From Chlorokybus atmophyticus (Eukaryota > Plantae > Mesostigma and Chlorokybus algae), in assembly GCA_009103225.1 (NCBI GenBank), contig RHPI01001428.1, positions 62,001-126,000 on the forward strand: a DNA stretch of 64,000 nucleotides, in the 5' to 3' direction. The notes beneath the pieces were generated by a model that made no database searches, was not told where the DNA came from, and was given only the letters and a program-made list of their open reading frames with translations. This document shows, in pieces, positions 21,653-44,027 of this stretch (the stretch's first letter is position 1; each line of letters begins with the position of its first letter). The translations under genes were made by a program, and so were the position numbers.

Positions 21653-23197
21653 TCATGCGAGCGAGGAGAACCAGTTGTGGATGGCGTCGCTGATGCGCCA
21701 GAGCGTGCCGCGGCGCTCGTCGCCTCCGCCCACCACCGTCAGAGCGGACGAGGAGGAGGAGGAGGGCGAGCGCGCGTAGGAAGGGGAGGTGCGATGAGTA
21801 GTGTATGGCGTTGCGTGCGGGAGAGGGGGGAAGGTGGCGGGCAGGCGCGCGAGCTCTCGCGCCATGGCGTAGGGTCTCGCCTGCAGTCCGAACGGCGCCT
21901 TGAGGTTGTACAGCAGCACGCGGCGGTTGATCGCGAACAGCTCGCCCTCGAGACGCGCCAACTCGGCACGCCAACGCGCCGCCGCCCACGCGTCGTCCAC
22001 CGCGTCGGGCTGCCGATGCTGCTGTTGACGCAGCCTGGCCTGCGCGATCAGGGCGTCGCGCCAACGACGGATGTCGCCGCTGATGTCGCGCTGAAGCTGA
22101 ACCTGCTCGACCACCCCAACCAGTGAGAAACGCGCATGTGGGGTGTGTCTCTGTAGGCGAAAGAACATTCCCATGTGTGCACCCACACATGGGGGCCTGC
22201 CTGCCTGCGTGCGTGTGCGTGCGCACGTGCGTGCACGCGTGCTTGTGAGCATGTGCAGATGCGTGTGGGTGTCGGTACAGTTGCGCACGCGCATGCATGC
22301 GGGCGCGCAAGTACGTGCGCATGTGCGCATGCGTGCGCACACGTGGGCGTGCGCGTGTGTGCGTGTGTGCACCCGTCCACAGGTGCGAGTGCGTGCATGC
22401 ATGCACATCTGTGTAAGATTGCATACCCACTCAGGAGCGAAGCCGCTGTTGCCCACGACGCGCCACGCCATGTCCTCCGCCGGATCTGCGCCAGGCCAAT
22501 ACGCTCAGCCATGTGATGATACAGCAGGCGTGCGAGCTGGCTGCTTACCCACGTGCGGGTTGGTCACGAGCACCAGCGGCTGCAGCAGAGCAGACGAATG
22601 AGTTACGCAGTCAGTACCAAGTATAATGTCAGGATGAGTGTGATGCTGGTGGCTGGGTGCAGGATATCCGACTTGACACGACACAACCAACTGATGGACA
22701 GACTGGTTTCGCACGTGCTGCTGCTGCTGCTGCATCCGCACCATGACCAATTCACATGTTGCCATATATGCAGTTGTAGTATGACACGAATGAGTGGACA
22801 GATGCAGCATGCATACAACCACTCAATGTGACTCGCTCGTCAGGGGAATGCGTGCCGTAGCGGAGATGAGTTGGTTCGTTTGTACCTTTCCCTTTCCTCG
22901 TAGGTTTGTAAAGTCCCCCTCTCTCATGGCCTGCTGTATGCGCTGCTCCACCACACCGCTGCGAGACTGACCACCCTCGCCGCCACCCTCGCTACCGATC
23001 AGCGCCGCCGCCGCAGCCGCCTGCTCCTCCTCGCCTCCTCCTCCTCCTCCTCCTCCTCCTCCTGCTGCTGCTGCCTTGTGGGTGTTGCTGTTGCTGTTGC
23101 TGCTGGCGACGAGTGAGTCTCTGAGCTCTTTGGCGATGCGTCGCTGCAGCACAACGCGCCGCGCAGCAGCCACGCGCTCAGCAACAGACGACGCCAT
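21653..23197 (-). CDS. DUF1992 / DNAJC28 conserved-domain protein, about 4 exons
   Basis: Spliced VVEQRIQQAMREGDFTNLRGKGK|PLVLVTNPHV|DPAEDMAWRVVGNSGFAPEW|VQLQRDI gives the typical DUF1992 signature, with GT-AG junctions in frame. Confidence 0.75.
22201..22410. repeat. Largely alternating purine-pyrimidine (GT/GC/AT) low-complexity tract in an intron
   Basis: GTGCGTGTGCGTGCGCACGTGCGTGCACGCGTG-type sequence over about 200 bp. Confidence 0.7.
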
Positions 23198-25078
23198 GAC
23201 GGCGATCTTCCACGCCTGCGGCGCAGGCGTGGAAGCACCGCAGGCGCCGCCTCCGCCTCCGCACGACGATGCAAGCGTAACATGCTTATACCTGGGCTAA
23301 TGGCCATCAACAGCATGAGTAGACAAGTTGCATCACAATGTGTGCTGCAAGTTGTTGAGTGTCTCTGTTGTGGTGGTGGAGCAACGTCCAGGTAGTTGTA
23401 ACATTGTTATCAAATAAAAGTAGATAAACAGCAATCTCAATAAACATAAGCAAATACCGCTACGTGTCACGTATTGCACACAAGTCGAAACGCGCCTGCT
23501 GTTTGATGTGCACGTAATTGGAGTAATGGGTTTTATGTATGCGTGCAAATTAACCGGTAGTGTATTGTGTGTATGGAAAGAGGTTTGAGAGTGAGCCTAA
23601 ATCCACAAGCGCCGCTTGGCAGTATGTGTTGTTGCTTAGGCTGCAAGGTGATGTTATTCCACTCGGATGATACCAGTAGTCGCCGAAGAAAACTGCTTAA
23701 TAATGAACAGAGGGCAGTAGTTGTTAAATAGATAAGCATATTGCATTAAATGCTTACTATATGAGAATATTATTAAGTACATCACCCCATTTATAAATTT
23801 AAGCTATCTAGTACTTATGTGCTTTTAACACACAAATGTTTCATTGCATGAACATTTGTGTGTTAAGCCATGCACAATCAGCATGATTACGAATTTTGAT
23901 ACATTATAAGCGTCATACCAAATGATTTGCAATGTACAAGTGATATACATGTAAGGCAAGTGTAGAAGTTGATTTTGAATTTCGCACTTAGTATACCACA
24001 ATTGTGTTTGCAAACACAATTGCAAACGCAAATGTAATTACAATGTTGATTTGCAATACTGACCTTTGTATCATCAATCTTCATATGTAATATCACATAT
24101 CCCTTTAATCAACTAAAAATGATATTGGTAACCATAGTCGAAATGGCACTCGATGAGAAATGCAGTTGTATTATGATAATGATATTATCTAACATAATGT
24201 CATTTGAACACGTGTATTGCTTAAGCGTATATCCAACTTGTGCTGATAAAAAAATGTAAAAACCGTGTATATACGAGATGACAAACTTGTGTTCAATGCA
24301 TACGTGGTATTTGCAAATTCAAAATGAATCAGTGCAAAGCCGCAATATGCACTTCACAGATATTTGAACGAGGTTGATGACAGGAAACAAGATGAGAACT
24401 TACGGATGCTGAAAACACGACATGGCACTACCGCACGTAACTTGACAAGGTTGCATTTGCATCAACTACGGCATGTATTAGTTTAATGTAGTACTTGCTA
24501 TTATGACTAATCAAAAACAGGATATATAGTACAAAAAAGTACTTGTCTCGAACGAGTACAAATCGACAACATCTACAAGCTCATTGAGGTTTCAGACCCT
24601 ACAGACTCTGATATATCAGAGCCTCTTGTCATGGCTCATGATTTGTGAGTTGAGTCATGAGCTATGACTCATGGCTGAGAGTCGTTGCACTGTACCCATC
24701 CCGAGTCCTGAAACGAGGGAGCCGGTGGGTACAGGTGTTGTAATAGCGTCAATAGTAATGACTCATAGGCCATGAGTTATAGCTCTCACCCCGAGGCGAC
24801 CATAATAGATGTGCGAAGATGCCATGCTGATGGTGCGAGTCAATGTCGCAACAAACCATGCTGACATCGCGGGAAGCAAGCTCCTGTGTGCTTGCTTGTC
24901 GTCCGCCTGCTTCGCCTCAACCGGGGCGGCAGCGGCGGCGGCCATGCCGCTTCACGGCGCCGCCCGCCTGTGCTGTGGCACGCCTAAAACTTCATCAGTG
25001 TCATCGCACCCAAGGTTGACAGCAGCTAGTAGCTGCAGCAGCAGCAGCAGCCCAAGTGGTCGTTGGTGAGGCCCGTCC

Positions 25079-34311
<9,233 letters not shown>

Positions 34312-36362
34312 CACAGGGCTAAAGTCTTGTGCCCATTGCTTACCTCGTGATTAAGCATCCCATTGCGGATTTATGTGTGCATGATAGTTGAACTGCACGT
34401 GCGCATACGCAATGATATATGTGCACATAAACATGGCCATCGTTAAGGTTCTACTTGACAGCAATGGCCACAGCTTTGGTTTACAACGACGGGGCGAGCA
34501 ATCATGCATATGTCAAGCAAAGTTGTTGAAGTGGGTTTATGGACACACCCCACATCGCATTTTGTGTACATGGTGCATGTACTATGCATATGCAAGACTG
34601 ATTAGTTGAATTACAATGGCAAGCACACAACATTAGATAGTGTTTACACAACAAGACTAGGGCGTAGGTTGAGGGTGTGAGTGTCACAAGCAACAGCAAC
34701 GTTGGGGTTGAATAGTAAGTCACACACAATTGTACAGCAAGAAGCAAAGGAAATGGCGTGCCAGGGCCCCACAGCACCTTGTAGCAAAGCACATACACGC
34801 AATGTTGCTATTGATATATTGATAGCTATCCATGTAGCTATCAGTAGCCAACCCAACGCCTCACTAGTCATGTTGCTGAGTGCTTGCCCCGAGCTTTTCA
34901 CATGCTTCCACACCGCCCTGGTTGTATGCCCGGCTATCTAGCATTGCCGCCGAGCTAGCAATAGTTGCTCATCCACTTTTGCTTGTTTCAAAAAACTTTC
35001 TCAGGATATGATGTTTGCTGCAGCACTTCATAATCAACAGCGCATCAGGATCTTGATGGTCTGCTGGTACCAGCCACACATTGTGAGCTAATCAACATTG
35101 TACGGTTGCCATGTTTGATCCGCTGGCAATGTTCTGGCCAACATTTCCAAGCTATGTGGTGTCCTTGTTTGCAGTAATGTAAGAATCTATACTAGTGATG
35201 TTTTGTATTGCAAAACCGGTCAAGTCTACATCATCATACGCGTCTGCCTGCGAACAATTATCTCGATACAGCACCCGTATATGGTAGTCTCTACATCCAA
35301 AAGTTGTCGCACCGTATTTGCTACCGGGGTTGGTGGCAAAGACGGTTGTTGAAAGCGCATTTGTACACATTGTGGCGTTTTTCAATGCGCTTGCAACCCA
35401 ACCACCCCGTATACATTGTATCCCATATGCTGATATGCAATCAGTGAATTAATCAACTTTATTAACCTCATTACCCCTCGCAGTGAGCTCATTCCTCCGT
35501 CATGTTAAGTTTAAAGGTACGTGCTCGAGGGCGTACGCGATGAAATTGTGTACACCTTAGAGAGCGGCAGGCTGCTGCTCGCAAAGCTTGATGAGACAAA
35601 CGAACAGGATCAATTCATACAGGGTAACAAGTTCAAACACACGCTACAACAAGTGCTTTGAAAAACCGTTTGAAAGCATTGTATCAAGTTCGTCCTATAC
35701 AGTTTCCTGGCCGCAATTAACGAACATATGCATTGGAATACACGTGCACATCTCACGGCAATCACTTGTGGGATGAATGCTATACCTTGATCTTAACAGG
35801 GGGTAAGTAGCTGCTAGCAATAATATACGCATCCTTGCAACCTGTGGCACGAAAATGAGCTAAAACATTGTAAATGAAGCATATGCATGCAATATAAAGT
35901 TCATGTCATGAACAAAGTAACGGCAAGACAAGTTTGAGGTAGTGAAATAATTCAGTGTCACATAGGCATGCATAACCAATTTGGCTTCGCACAATGTGTA
36001 CACTAGCCATGTACGATAGTTCAAATACAATGTTCGCTGGGGGCATTAAGGCCTATAACATCATGTTGCCCCATAAGTTGTGGGGCAGCTGAAGATGTCA
36101 TTGTTGTTAACAATAAATTGTGCAGTAGCAATGCTTGTTAGCCAAGCAACTGTCCATAAAGGTCTAAGCATCTGTAAGACGTGTATATGTGTGTATGCGT
36201 ACAGAATAATCAGTTGACGCAGATGCACGCAAACAGCAAGTAGTTCTTGTAAGAAACAATAGGTGTAAATGTAGGGTAAAAATAAAGGCATGAGCAAGTA
36301 AGAAACTATGTGCCCTAACCAAGTGCATGAGGCGAGGAGGTGAGCAGAGGTTAGTTGAAAGA

Positions 36363-36505
36363 TGTATACATATATATATATATATATATATGTGTATATG
36401 TATATATATGTGTATATATATGTATGTAAATATATATGTGTATGTATATATGAATAAATATATCTATATACGCATGTATATAAGTACACACATATATGTA
36501 TATAT
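36363..36505. repeat. (TA)n/(TG)n compound microsatellite
   Basis: Visible TATATA/TGTATA run. Confidence 0.85.
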
Positions 36506-36736
36506 GTGGGGCGTGTATCTGCAATTCCATGCATGTTATTGTCTGGTTGTATCTTCATAAGTATCCTACCTATATAATTATTCACACTTGCACCATGCAG
36601 ATTGCAAATACAAAGTTGGTGTTATTGATATTAATATATGTCCTATGGAGATTTTACATTGCAATCTTCGTTGTCGTGCAAGTCTGCATTGTGGGCATGA
36701 CTCGTGAAGCAATAAACATGTAGCCGACTTTGTCAC

Positions 36737-37238
36737 TGTAACAATTGGGGCCAGACCACTAAGCTATGGTAGTAAAAGACATTACCACGAGCAAGGTCTA
36801 TCACAATTTATCCCAATTCATGACATTCCTCCCCAATTTAACCCATGAGTTCCTCACAATCCAATGAGGCACTAGCCCACGTCGCCGTGTTCGCGGCCGT
36901 ACTACGATCGGTCTGCCCGCGGCCTGTTGGATCCGGCCCACAGACGGTCCTGACCGACCGAACAGTTATCCTCACCGCGCGACCTGCTATCGCAGCGCGA
37001 CCGCTCACGCGGCCTTAGGTTGAACTGGCTCGGCGCGCAGGTCGTGATCCCGCGCCCAGCCTAGGGCAAGCCGCCCCAAATGTTTTTGTTTTCGCCTTGG
37101 ATCTGCCTCAGTCCCCTACGGAAATTGAACCTCAGACGTCAAGCTCCATTACCATTGTAACAATTGGGGCCAGACCACTAGGCTATGGTAGTAAAAGACA
37201 CTACCATGAGTGAGGTCTGTCACAATTTATCCATAACA
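36737..37238 (-). mobile_element. TRIM-like mini LTR element: ~83-89 bp LTRs (37156-37238 and 36737-36825), ~330 bp non-coding interior
   Basis: 77-bp direct-repeat core with 6 transitions; TG...CA ends on the minus strand; TGGTAATGGAGC PBS-like motif after the 5' repeat; GGGGAGGAA PPT before the 3' repeat; no TSD found. Confidence 0.5.
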
Positions 37239-38040
37239 CTCTGTGTGTCCCTTGTAGCTGGTCCACTTTAAGTAGACTGATTGGGAGAAGCTTCGCTATC
37301 CTGCTCAGCTCCCTCCTTGTCACTCTCAGTGAGTTTGTAGCTCTCAATGGTATCCGAGTCTCTCACTTTGTCATCACTCGATGGTTCGTTCGTATGATGA
37401 CGAGGAGTCAGGGACGGCGAAGTACTTGTCACCTCCCTTTCATTGGTCAGCCATCTGCCCAAGGATTTGCGTTAGCAAGTGCACGAATACACAGATTGTG
37501 CACTGCAAAATTGGCCAATGCTAGTGATTTTGTCTCGCCAAGTCTCAAGGGGTCAACGTGGGGTACACAGCTCAAGTAAAAGCTCTCCACACACTTCTCA
37601 ACTAGACACTCACTCTGCAACAATCCGCACGCGAATCCACGCGACGGTTCACGAGCTATGGCTGCCCAAAGTTTTCACTTTGTACAGCCCAGCTCAACTC
37701 ACAAAGGTAATTAACACACGGGGTGTTAAAATCTCGTTAATTCGACCTTACAGGCCAAAATCGACTAGTTATGAGTCGTGAGTTTGGTATCGGCCGCTCA
37801 GATGGACTCTGGCGGCCTCACCGCACTTACTGACAGTTGGAGCAGCTAATGTTGCCACCGGATTGCCCCAAAGGGATTAGTATTATTTTTTGTCAATTAT
37901 ATAACCCTTCACACCACCACGAATCCACGTGGTGGCAAGCACACACAAGTGAAACAATATATGCTATTCACTAGGTGATGTGCTGAGATGCACTGCTTTG
38001 GGGGGTAAACTGCCTGAGTGGCCGCCTCCCCTAACAGCAA

Positions 38041-38125
38041 ACTAGGGTAGGCAAGGCAAGCTAGGCTAGGCTAAGCAAGGCAAGGCAAGGCAAGGCAAAG
38101 CAAACTAGGCTAGGCAAGCTAAGCA
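38041..38125. repeat. Degenerate pentanucleotide repeat (GCAAG/CTAGG)
   Basis: gcaaggcaagctaggctaggctaagcaaggcaaggcaagg. Confidence 0.7.
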
Positions 38126-38999
38126 CCAGCAGCAGCGCTAGTTACAACAACTATCCAATAACTACCACTAGTTGCCGCCGCCTGCCGCATGCCGCTGCAG
38201 TCGTTGCTGGCTGCCGCCGCCCCTCCCACAGGCCCCTCGCCGCCCGTGCTCCCATATCAATGAAAGGAGGGGTGCTACCGCCCCCTCTGATCCCCCACCC
38301 CAACACCGCCACCAGTCACGCCTTCGACACTGCCGCCGCTAGGGGCAACTGCCGGAGCAAAAAATCCCTCCCCTGGCTGCGTTAGCAGTGCCGCCATACA
38401 GCTGATATCGACACGACTCATGTGTCATGTTGATGTCAGTGTTACAAATAAGTAAGCTTGCATTAAGGCCTTAACACTGGGTTAATGGCCTTAATATAGC
38501 TCAATTGACTGTATATACTCGTTAGGACCCTTATTTAATCCTAAATAAGGGCGGGGAACTCTACAGAGGTAGCACTCCGTTACACCACCTATGAGAGCAC
38601 AAAAATAGACTCGTAAAATTCCCGCTATGACGATGCTGATAGGGCACGACGTAGTCGATTACGCATGCAAGGCCCCTTCACAATAAGGTCAGTAGGGACA
38701 CGAGCAAACTCACGCTACTTCATTCACTTGTGCACAAGGTCTTCTTTGACACAAGTATAGGCCACTGCGCGCGAGCATTGCTACTATGGGTGAATGCGTG
38801 CATTCTCAATATATGTGTGCACTGCAACTCTAGTATAGCCATAACCGTTGCGCACGGTGTTGAAATCATGTGAGCACGGGCTCACTGCGCATTCATTGGC
38901 CGGTGTTAACCACCAAGTTTATGGCCAACGGAGGTCATTAAATCCGTAAGTCCGTAGTCCGTAAGTCCGTAGTCCGTAAGCTCGTAAGTGCATTGCGAC

Positions 39000-39039
39000 C
39001 TTCAATCGGGAATAACTTGCGAAAATAGTGTCCAAAGGG

Positions 39040-39124
<85 letters not shown>

Positions 39125-39437
39125 NACCCCTAGCAAAAGCTATAAGCAATATTGCGTTTGTGCAGGTTTTGAATCTCGAATTCAGCACTTTCATGCACCA
39201 AGCTTGCGATTTGATTTATTACAGCAGCAGCAAACACATGATGGTGCTCTGGGCTATAGCTTCAACGAGTGCAAGTAAACAGCTACTGGGTTGTTACAAC
39301 ACAGCTACCGAGATGTGCTACCACATGAATGGCCGCCTCGTCTTGCTGAGGGCTTACGGCAATAAGCACGCAAGTGCCCCGACTCCCCACAAATGTTCCA
39401 AGTGCAAGAATTGCGTTGCCCCCCCCCCCCCCCCCCN

Positions 39438-39527
<90 letters not shown>

Positions 39528-41638
39528 GGGGTACTAGCTCCGCCCCTCGTTGAGAGTGTAGGCCGCCTTTGCCTTGAGCTGCGCCGCAGCCGTCTCTGTA
39601 ATCGCCTTAAGGCGCTTTACCTTTGCCTCGTCCGCAGCTACAGGGTCTCTTGTGAGCTCCGCCACCTTCCATCCATGCTTGCTGGCCACTTCCACATGGT
39701 AGAGCTGCTGGCGCATTTTGTCCAATGGTGCACACAGCACGCGTGAGCAACGTTGGTTGCGGGCATTAAGCTCATAGCCATTGGGTTCAGTGCCAAGCGC
39801 ACCAACATGTACATCACCACTCCACGTGTAAATGCAAATGCAAACCTATTGTGCCTTTTACGTTGCTGCGAATGGTCATAATGTGACTACCAAGGTGGAC
39901 ATGCAAGGGTAGTAAATGCGGGCCCTCCCCCCCCACCGAACATGGGGGGGAGGAGGGATGCGGTACAATTGTAGATAAATAGATGACTGTGTATCTATAT
40001 AGATGCCTCTACATTGGTTACGGGCCCGCGCCTTCGTAAGGCCTATCATGCGTGCATGTGCATGTGTGCACAATAGGCCTTATGAGCAAAGTCCACACCC
40101 TCATGCTTGTCCATATATGCTCGTGCAAATGGCCGTGCTCGACAGAGAATGAGCCCACCTTTCATGTTCTCTTCTCGGCCTTTGGTGAAGAGGGCATCAT
40201 CGGCGAGGTGAGTGGGGACATGGTCGAAGGAGGTTGCCGCCAAGGCCATGAAAGCCGCCACATCGATGTGTTGCCGAGCCTGCTTCTTCATGTTCTCCTT
40301 CCAAGGGAACACGGGATTGCTAATGCGAGTGGCTAACACGTCCGCACGAGCATTGGGTGTAGCGGAGTCGCTTTTATTGCGGCGAAGGGTGCTCACGAGT
40401 GCCGGGTGGTTGGGCTCCTCCATAGGCTCATCACGAGGGAAGGCGGCGCCTTCCACCGCTTGAGGCGCATGTTCCCCGCCTCCAACCTCCTCGCCGTGGC
40501 CTGCGTGGGTGTCATGAACGGGGTGGAAGCGTCAGAGTGCTGGCTTGCCTCCCTCTTCTTATGCTTGTAAGTGAGGAAGGGCGGGACCTCATTGTCCTCA
40601 CCCTCGTCGTCACCACTACTACCCTCTTTGTTCACCTCTTCTTTCACCTCCACGGGAGGGCGCACCCTTCTCTCCTCACTCGCCGCTCTTCTCTTCTCCT
40701 TTTCTTCAAGGTGCGGCGACGCGACAATAGGTTGGCGCGGACTTGTAGCCCGCGCCAACCGTCAAGCGTCGAACGGCCATGGTGGAGGTCGACCTCCTAT
40801 CTTACCTCAAATCACACTTGTCACTCATGCCAAGGATGGCACCGCCGTGCTAGGGTTGTAAACGATTAGAGAAAGAGCTTGTAACTAACAACTCACGCCT
40901 AGCGAGTGCTTGTGCCCCCCCCNNNNNNNNNNNNNNNNNNNNNNNNNNNNNNNNNNNNNNNNNNNNNNNNNNNNNNNNNNNNNNNNNNNNNNNNNNNNNN
41001 NNNNNNNNNNNNNNNNNNNNNNNNNNNNNNNNNNNNNNNNNNNNNNNNNNNNNNNNNNNNNNNNNNNNNNNNNNNNNNNNNNNNNNNNNNNNNNNNNNNN
41101 NNNNNNNNNNNNNNNNNNNNNNNNNNNNNNNNNNNNNNNNNNNNNNNNNNNNNNNNNNNNNNNNNNNNNNNNNNNNNNNNNNNNNNNNNNNNNNNNNNNN
41201 NNNNNNNNNNNNNNNNNNNNNNNNNNNNNNNNNNNNNNNNNNNNNNNNNNNNNNNNNNNNNNNNNNNNNNNNNNNNNNNNNNNNNNNNNNNNNNNNNNNN
41301 NNNNNNNNNNNNNNNNNNNNNNNNNNNNNNNNNNNNNNNNNNNNNNNNNNNNNNNNNNNNNNNNNNNNNNNNNNNNNNNNNNNNNNNNNNNNNNNNNNNN
41401 NNNNNNNNNNNNNNNNNNNNNNNNNNNNNNNNNNNNNNNNNNNNNNNNNNNNNNNNNNNNNNNNNNNNNNNNNNNNNNNNNNNNNNNNNNNNNNNNNNNN
41501 NNNNNNNNNNNNNNNNNNNNNNNNNNNNNNCCACCACCACCACCACCACCACCCAAAAGTGCCCAAGGCACTAGTAATTAACGAGACCCGGAGTTTCATA
41601 GGCGCGCAATTCATGCGCTTTATGAACTCGTATAACTT
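39000..41638 (-). mobile_element. 3'-truncated tyrosine-recombinase (DIRS order) retroelement, copy 1: repeat A, ORF1 and gag only
   Basis: Homologous to 48216-53796 and 59881-61740: FPWKENMKKQARQHIDVAA, VEVASKHGWKVAELTRDP, GHLRAYCRKPS. Repeat A spans the 608-N gap. Confidence 0.8.
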
Positions 41639-44027
41639 TACTGCAAGACATTAACATCCGACAGCGCACTCATGCCGTGTCCACTGCTTCTTTGCCAATG
41701 CGCGGTCACATACCACTGATAGCACTTAGCTCATGCATTAAAGCTTGCAAGGTTGTGTTGACCTTCAAAGCCAAAACTCCTTCAAAATGCTGGACTTATC
41801 TTGTTATTGCAAAAAGCGTGCCCAATATAATGGCTTGCACCTCCGTGTTAATGTTTATATGTAATGAGCCAGCACAGCTACGTTAATGTTAATGTGCGCT
41901 TGGCACTCTTAGGCTCGTAAAACAAAAGTAATAACATGTAGCAAATGATTTTTGCTGCAAGTCAATAACATGCAATAGCGCACAATCTTTACTGACAATG
42001 ACATCGGTACGCACAACATTCGTGGTGGATTTAAAAAATGCGTGCTGGGAAGCTGTTATTGCTCATCATATAGCACCTCCACCTGTATAAGTGTATAGGT
42101 CAATTCCAAGCACAACCAGTGCATCCACATGCAAAGCTCGATATGCGCACAACATTGCTAACAATGCGATTACCGTACAAGTATGTGCACACATAAGTGT
42201 CAGAGATTGTATCTTTTGCCGCTTACCTGCACATGTCTCCCAGTGCTTGCGGTAATGCAGCAGCTAGCAAATGGCAACAACTGCCATAACAAATAATTAG
42301 CGCATGTGTACATAATCTTGCTGATATTGCAAGTAAACATGAGGCTGCTATTAAGAAGGTTGTTATTTTCCATAACCAACTCGTCAATCATTGATCATTT
42401 ATGTTAAAGTGAATGCTGTTGCTGTGAATGAGATGTTGTGCAACCGTGCGTCTCATTGCAGGTATTAATGGGTGGACACGCAACGCAGCCTTGATGTGCG
42501 TATAAGAGTGTGGTATCCATGTTCAGAAACTTGCATGTCAACTCCACACTCATATCCGCATCCATATGCTCAACAGCAATGTGCAAGTCCGGCACGGATG
42601 ATACCAAGGAACATCCCAGTTCAGCATCACACACCTTGCCATTGTTAACACAATTCTCAACCACATGCGCACGCCTCTCGAGTTTGCTTGCATTCCACCC
42701 AACACCACGATCAGCTACCTTCAGCTTGCCTTTACGTTTGAAGATGGGGACATATTACCAAAACAATATGCAGGGTGTTGATATTTATGCCGTCATGTTA
42801 TAAACTGCCGGCCATTGCCCACTTATCTACATGCAGACGTCCATAGCTAGTTTAGGGTAAAAATTCAAGTAGCGCGTGAGAGAGAGAGAGAGAGATGAGA
42901 GGCGTGTGTGTGTGAAAAAGGGACATGGAGGCAATGTGTTGATGACTAGAACAATTAGGTTTTAAATTGTGCACAAGGGATAACTTGTGCTACATGTTAT
43001 AGCAGGGACAGAAATGTGCTAAGCTGTGCGTGTGCATTTAGAGGTGTGTGTGGGATGCATGAAGCCATATGAGAGGGAGGGGAATGTGCTCACTTTAGAC
43101 CAGCAATATAGCGTAAAGGTGCGCGTGTGAGAAAAAAGGGGGAAGGGGGAACATTCTGGCATGCGTAATCACGTGAAGTTTGCAATGGGCTTTATATAAT
43201 GAGCTGCTCACACTTGTTCTTCAACCACTCACGTTTTTGGGTGTGCCATGATATATGGTAGCCCTTCATGGTCTTCAATGAATACAAAAACATAATAATG
43301 GGCAATATTGCAACATCGCGCTGTGCTTCAGCATCGTCACATATAGCAACACAAGGCCACACATGTCTTTACTAACTTTACTTACTGACTTGCGCAAAAA
43401 CCTTTTTCAATCCTGCAACAATGGGAAACAACACAGCCGCTAAGTTTTCCAACTCCTACATAGCCTTCACATCAGCCAGCAATCTGTCTAGCATGGTGCA
43501 ATGCGGCTTAAAGGTGTACAGCCTTTGAAAACACCTTACTCCAAAATGTTTAATTGCCATGTAGCCCTCATTCTTGCAAATTATATATAAAAGCCACGGT
43601 ACACCAACTACATGCGTCGCATGCGTAGCATGTTATTATGCATGACATGTTTCTAGCACAAATGCTAACGTATCATACTACCTACCGTTGTCTATTGAGA
43701 TTGCACAATAACAACAATGACAAGCACAAGTGTGGCACTGACAATAGAGCAGAGTGGATCTTACTATATTACACTACGTACAGTATTTTATATAGTACAC
43801 TAGTGAGTGCTAGTCAACACTAGTCAACGCTAGTCAAAGTTAACACTAGTCAACACTAGTCACCGGTCACAGTCAAAGTCAAAGGTCAAAGTCAATGTTG
43901 ACCATAGTGGACTGTAACTCTTATAACGACAACTGACTGTAACTCCCAAGGTGAAGATGGTTGTAGAAGTTTAGCTAAGGCGCCTGATAAAGTACCTTTA
44001 ACACTCCCACGCAAGCATCTTTTACCT

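Noticed and set aside
24590-24800. Short palindromes (CTCTGATATATCAGAG, GAGTCAT/ATGACTC) suggesting a MITE
   Set aside because: No clear TIR pair or TSD could be defined.
24763-24945. Minus-strand ORF MAAAAAAPVEAKQADDKQ... with a possible GT donor
   Set aside because: No downstream exon or homology recognised; may be promoter or UTR sequence of HEATR5.
34644-35447. Protein-like minus-strand fragments after HEATR5
   Set aside because: Interrupted by stops and not assignable to any family by eye.
38938-38985. TCCGTAAG/TCCGTAG tandem units as a telomere or CRISPR-like array
   Set aside because: About 5-6 units of 7-8 bp with no spacers; a simple minisatellite at the broken end of YR copy 1.
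40850-41614. ORFs spanning the N-gaps (also 53934-54470)
   Set aside because: Artefacts of undetermined bases.
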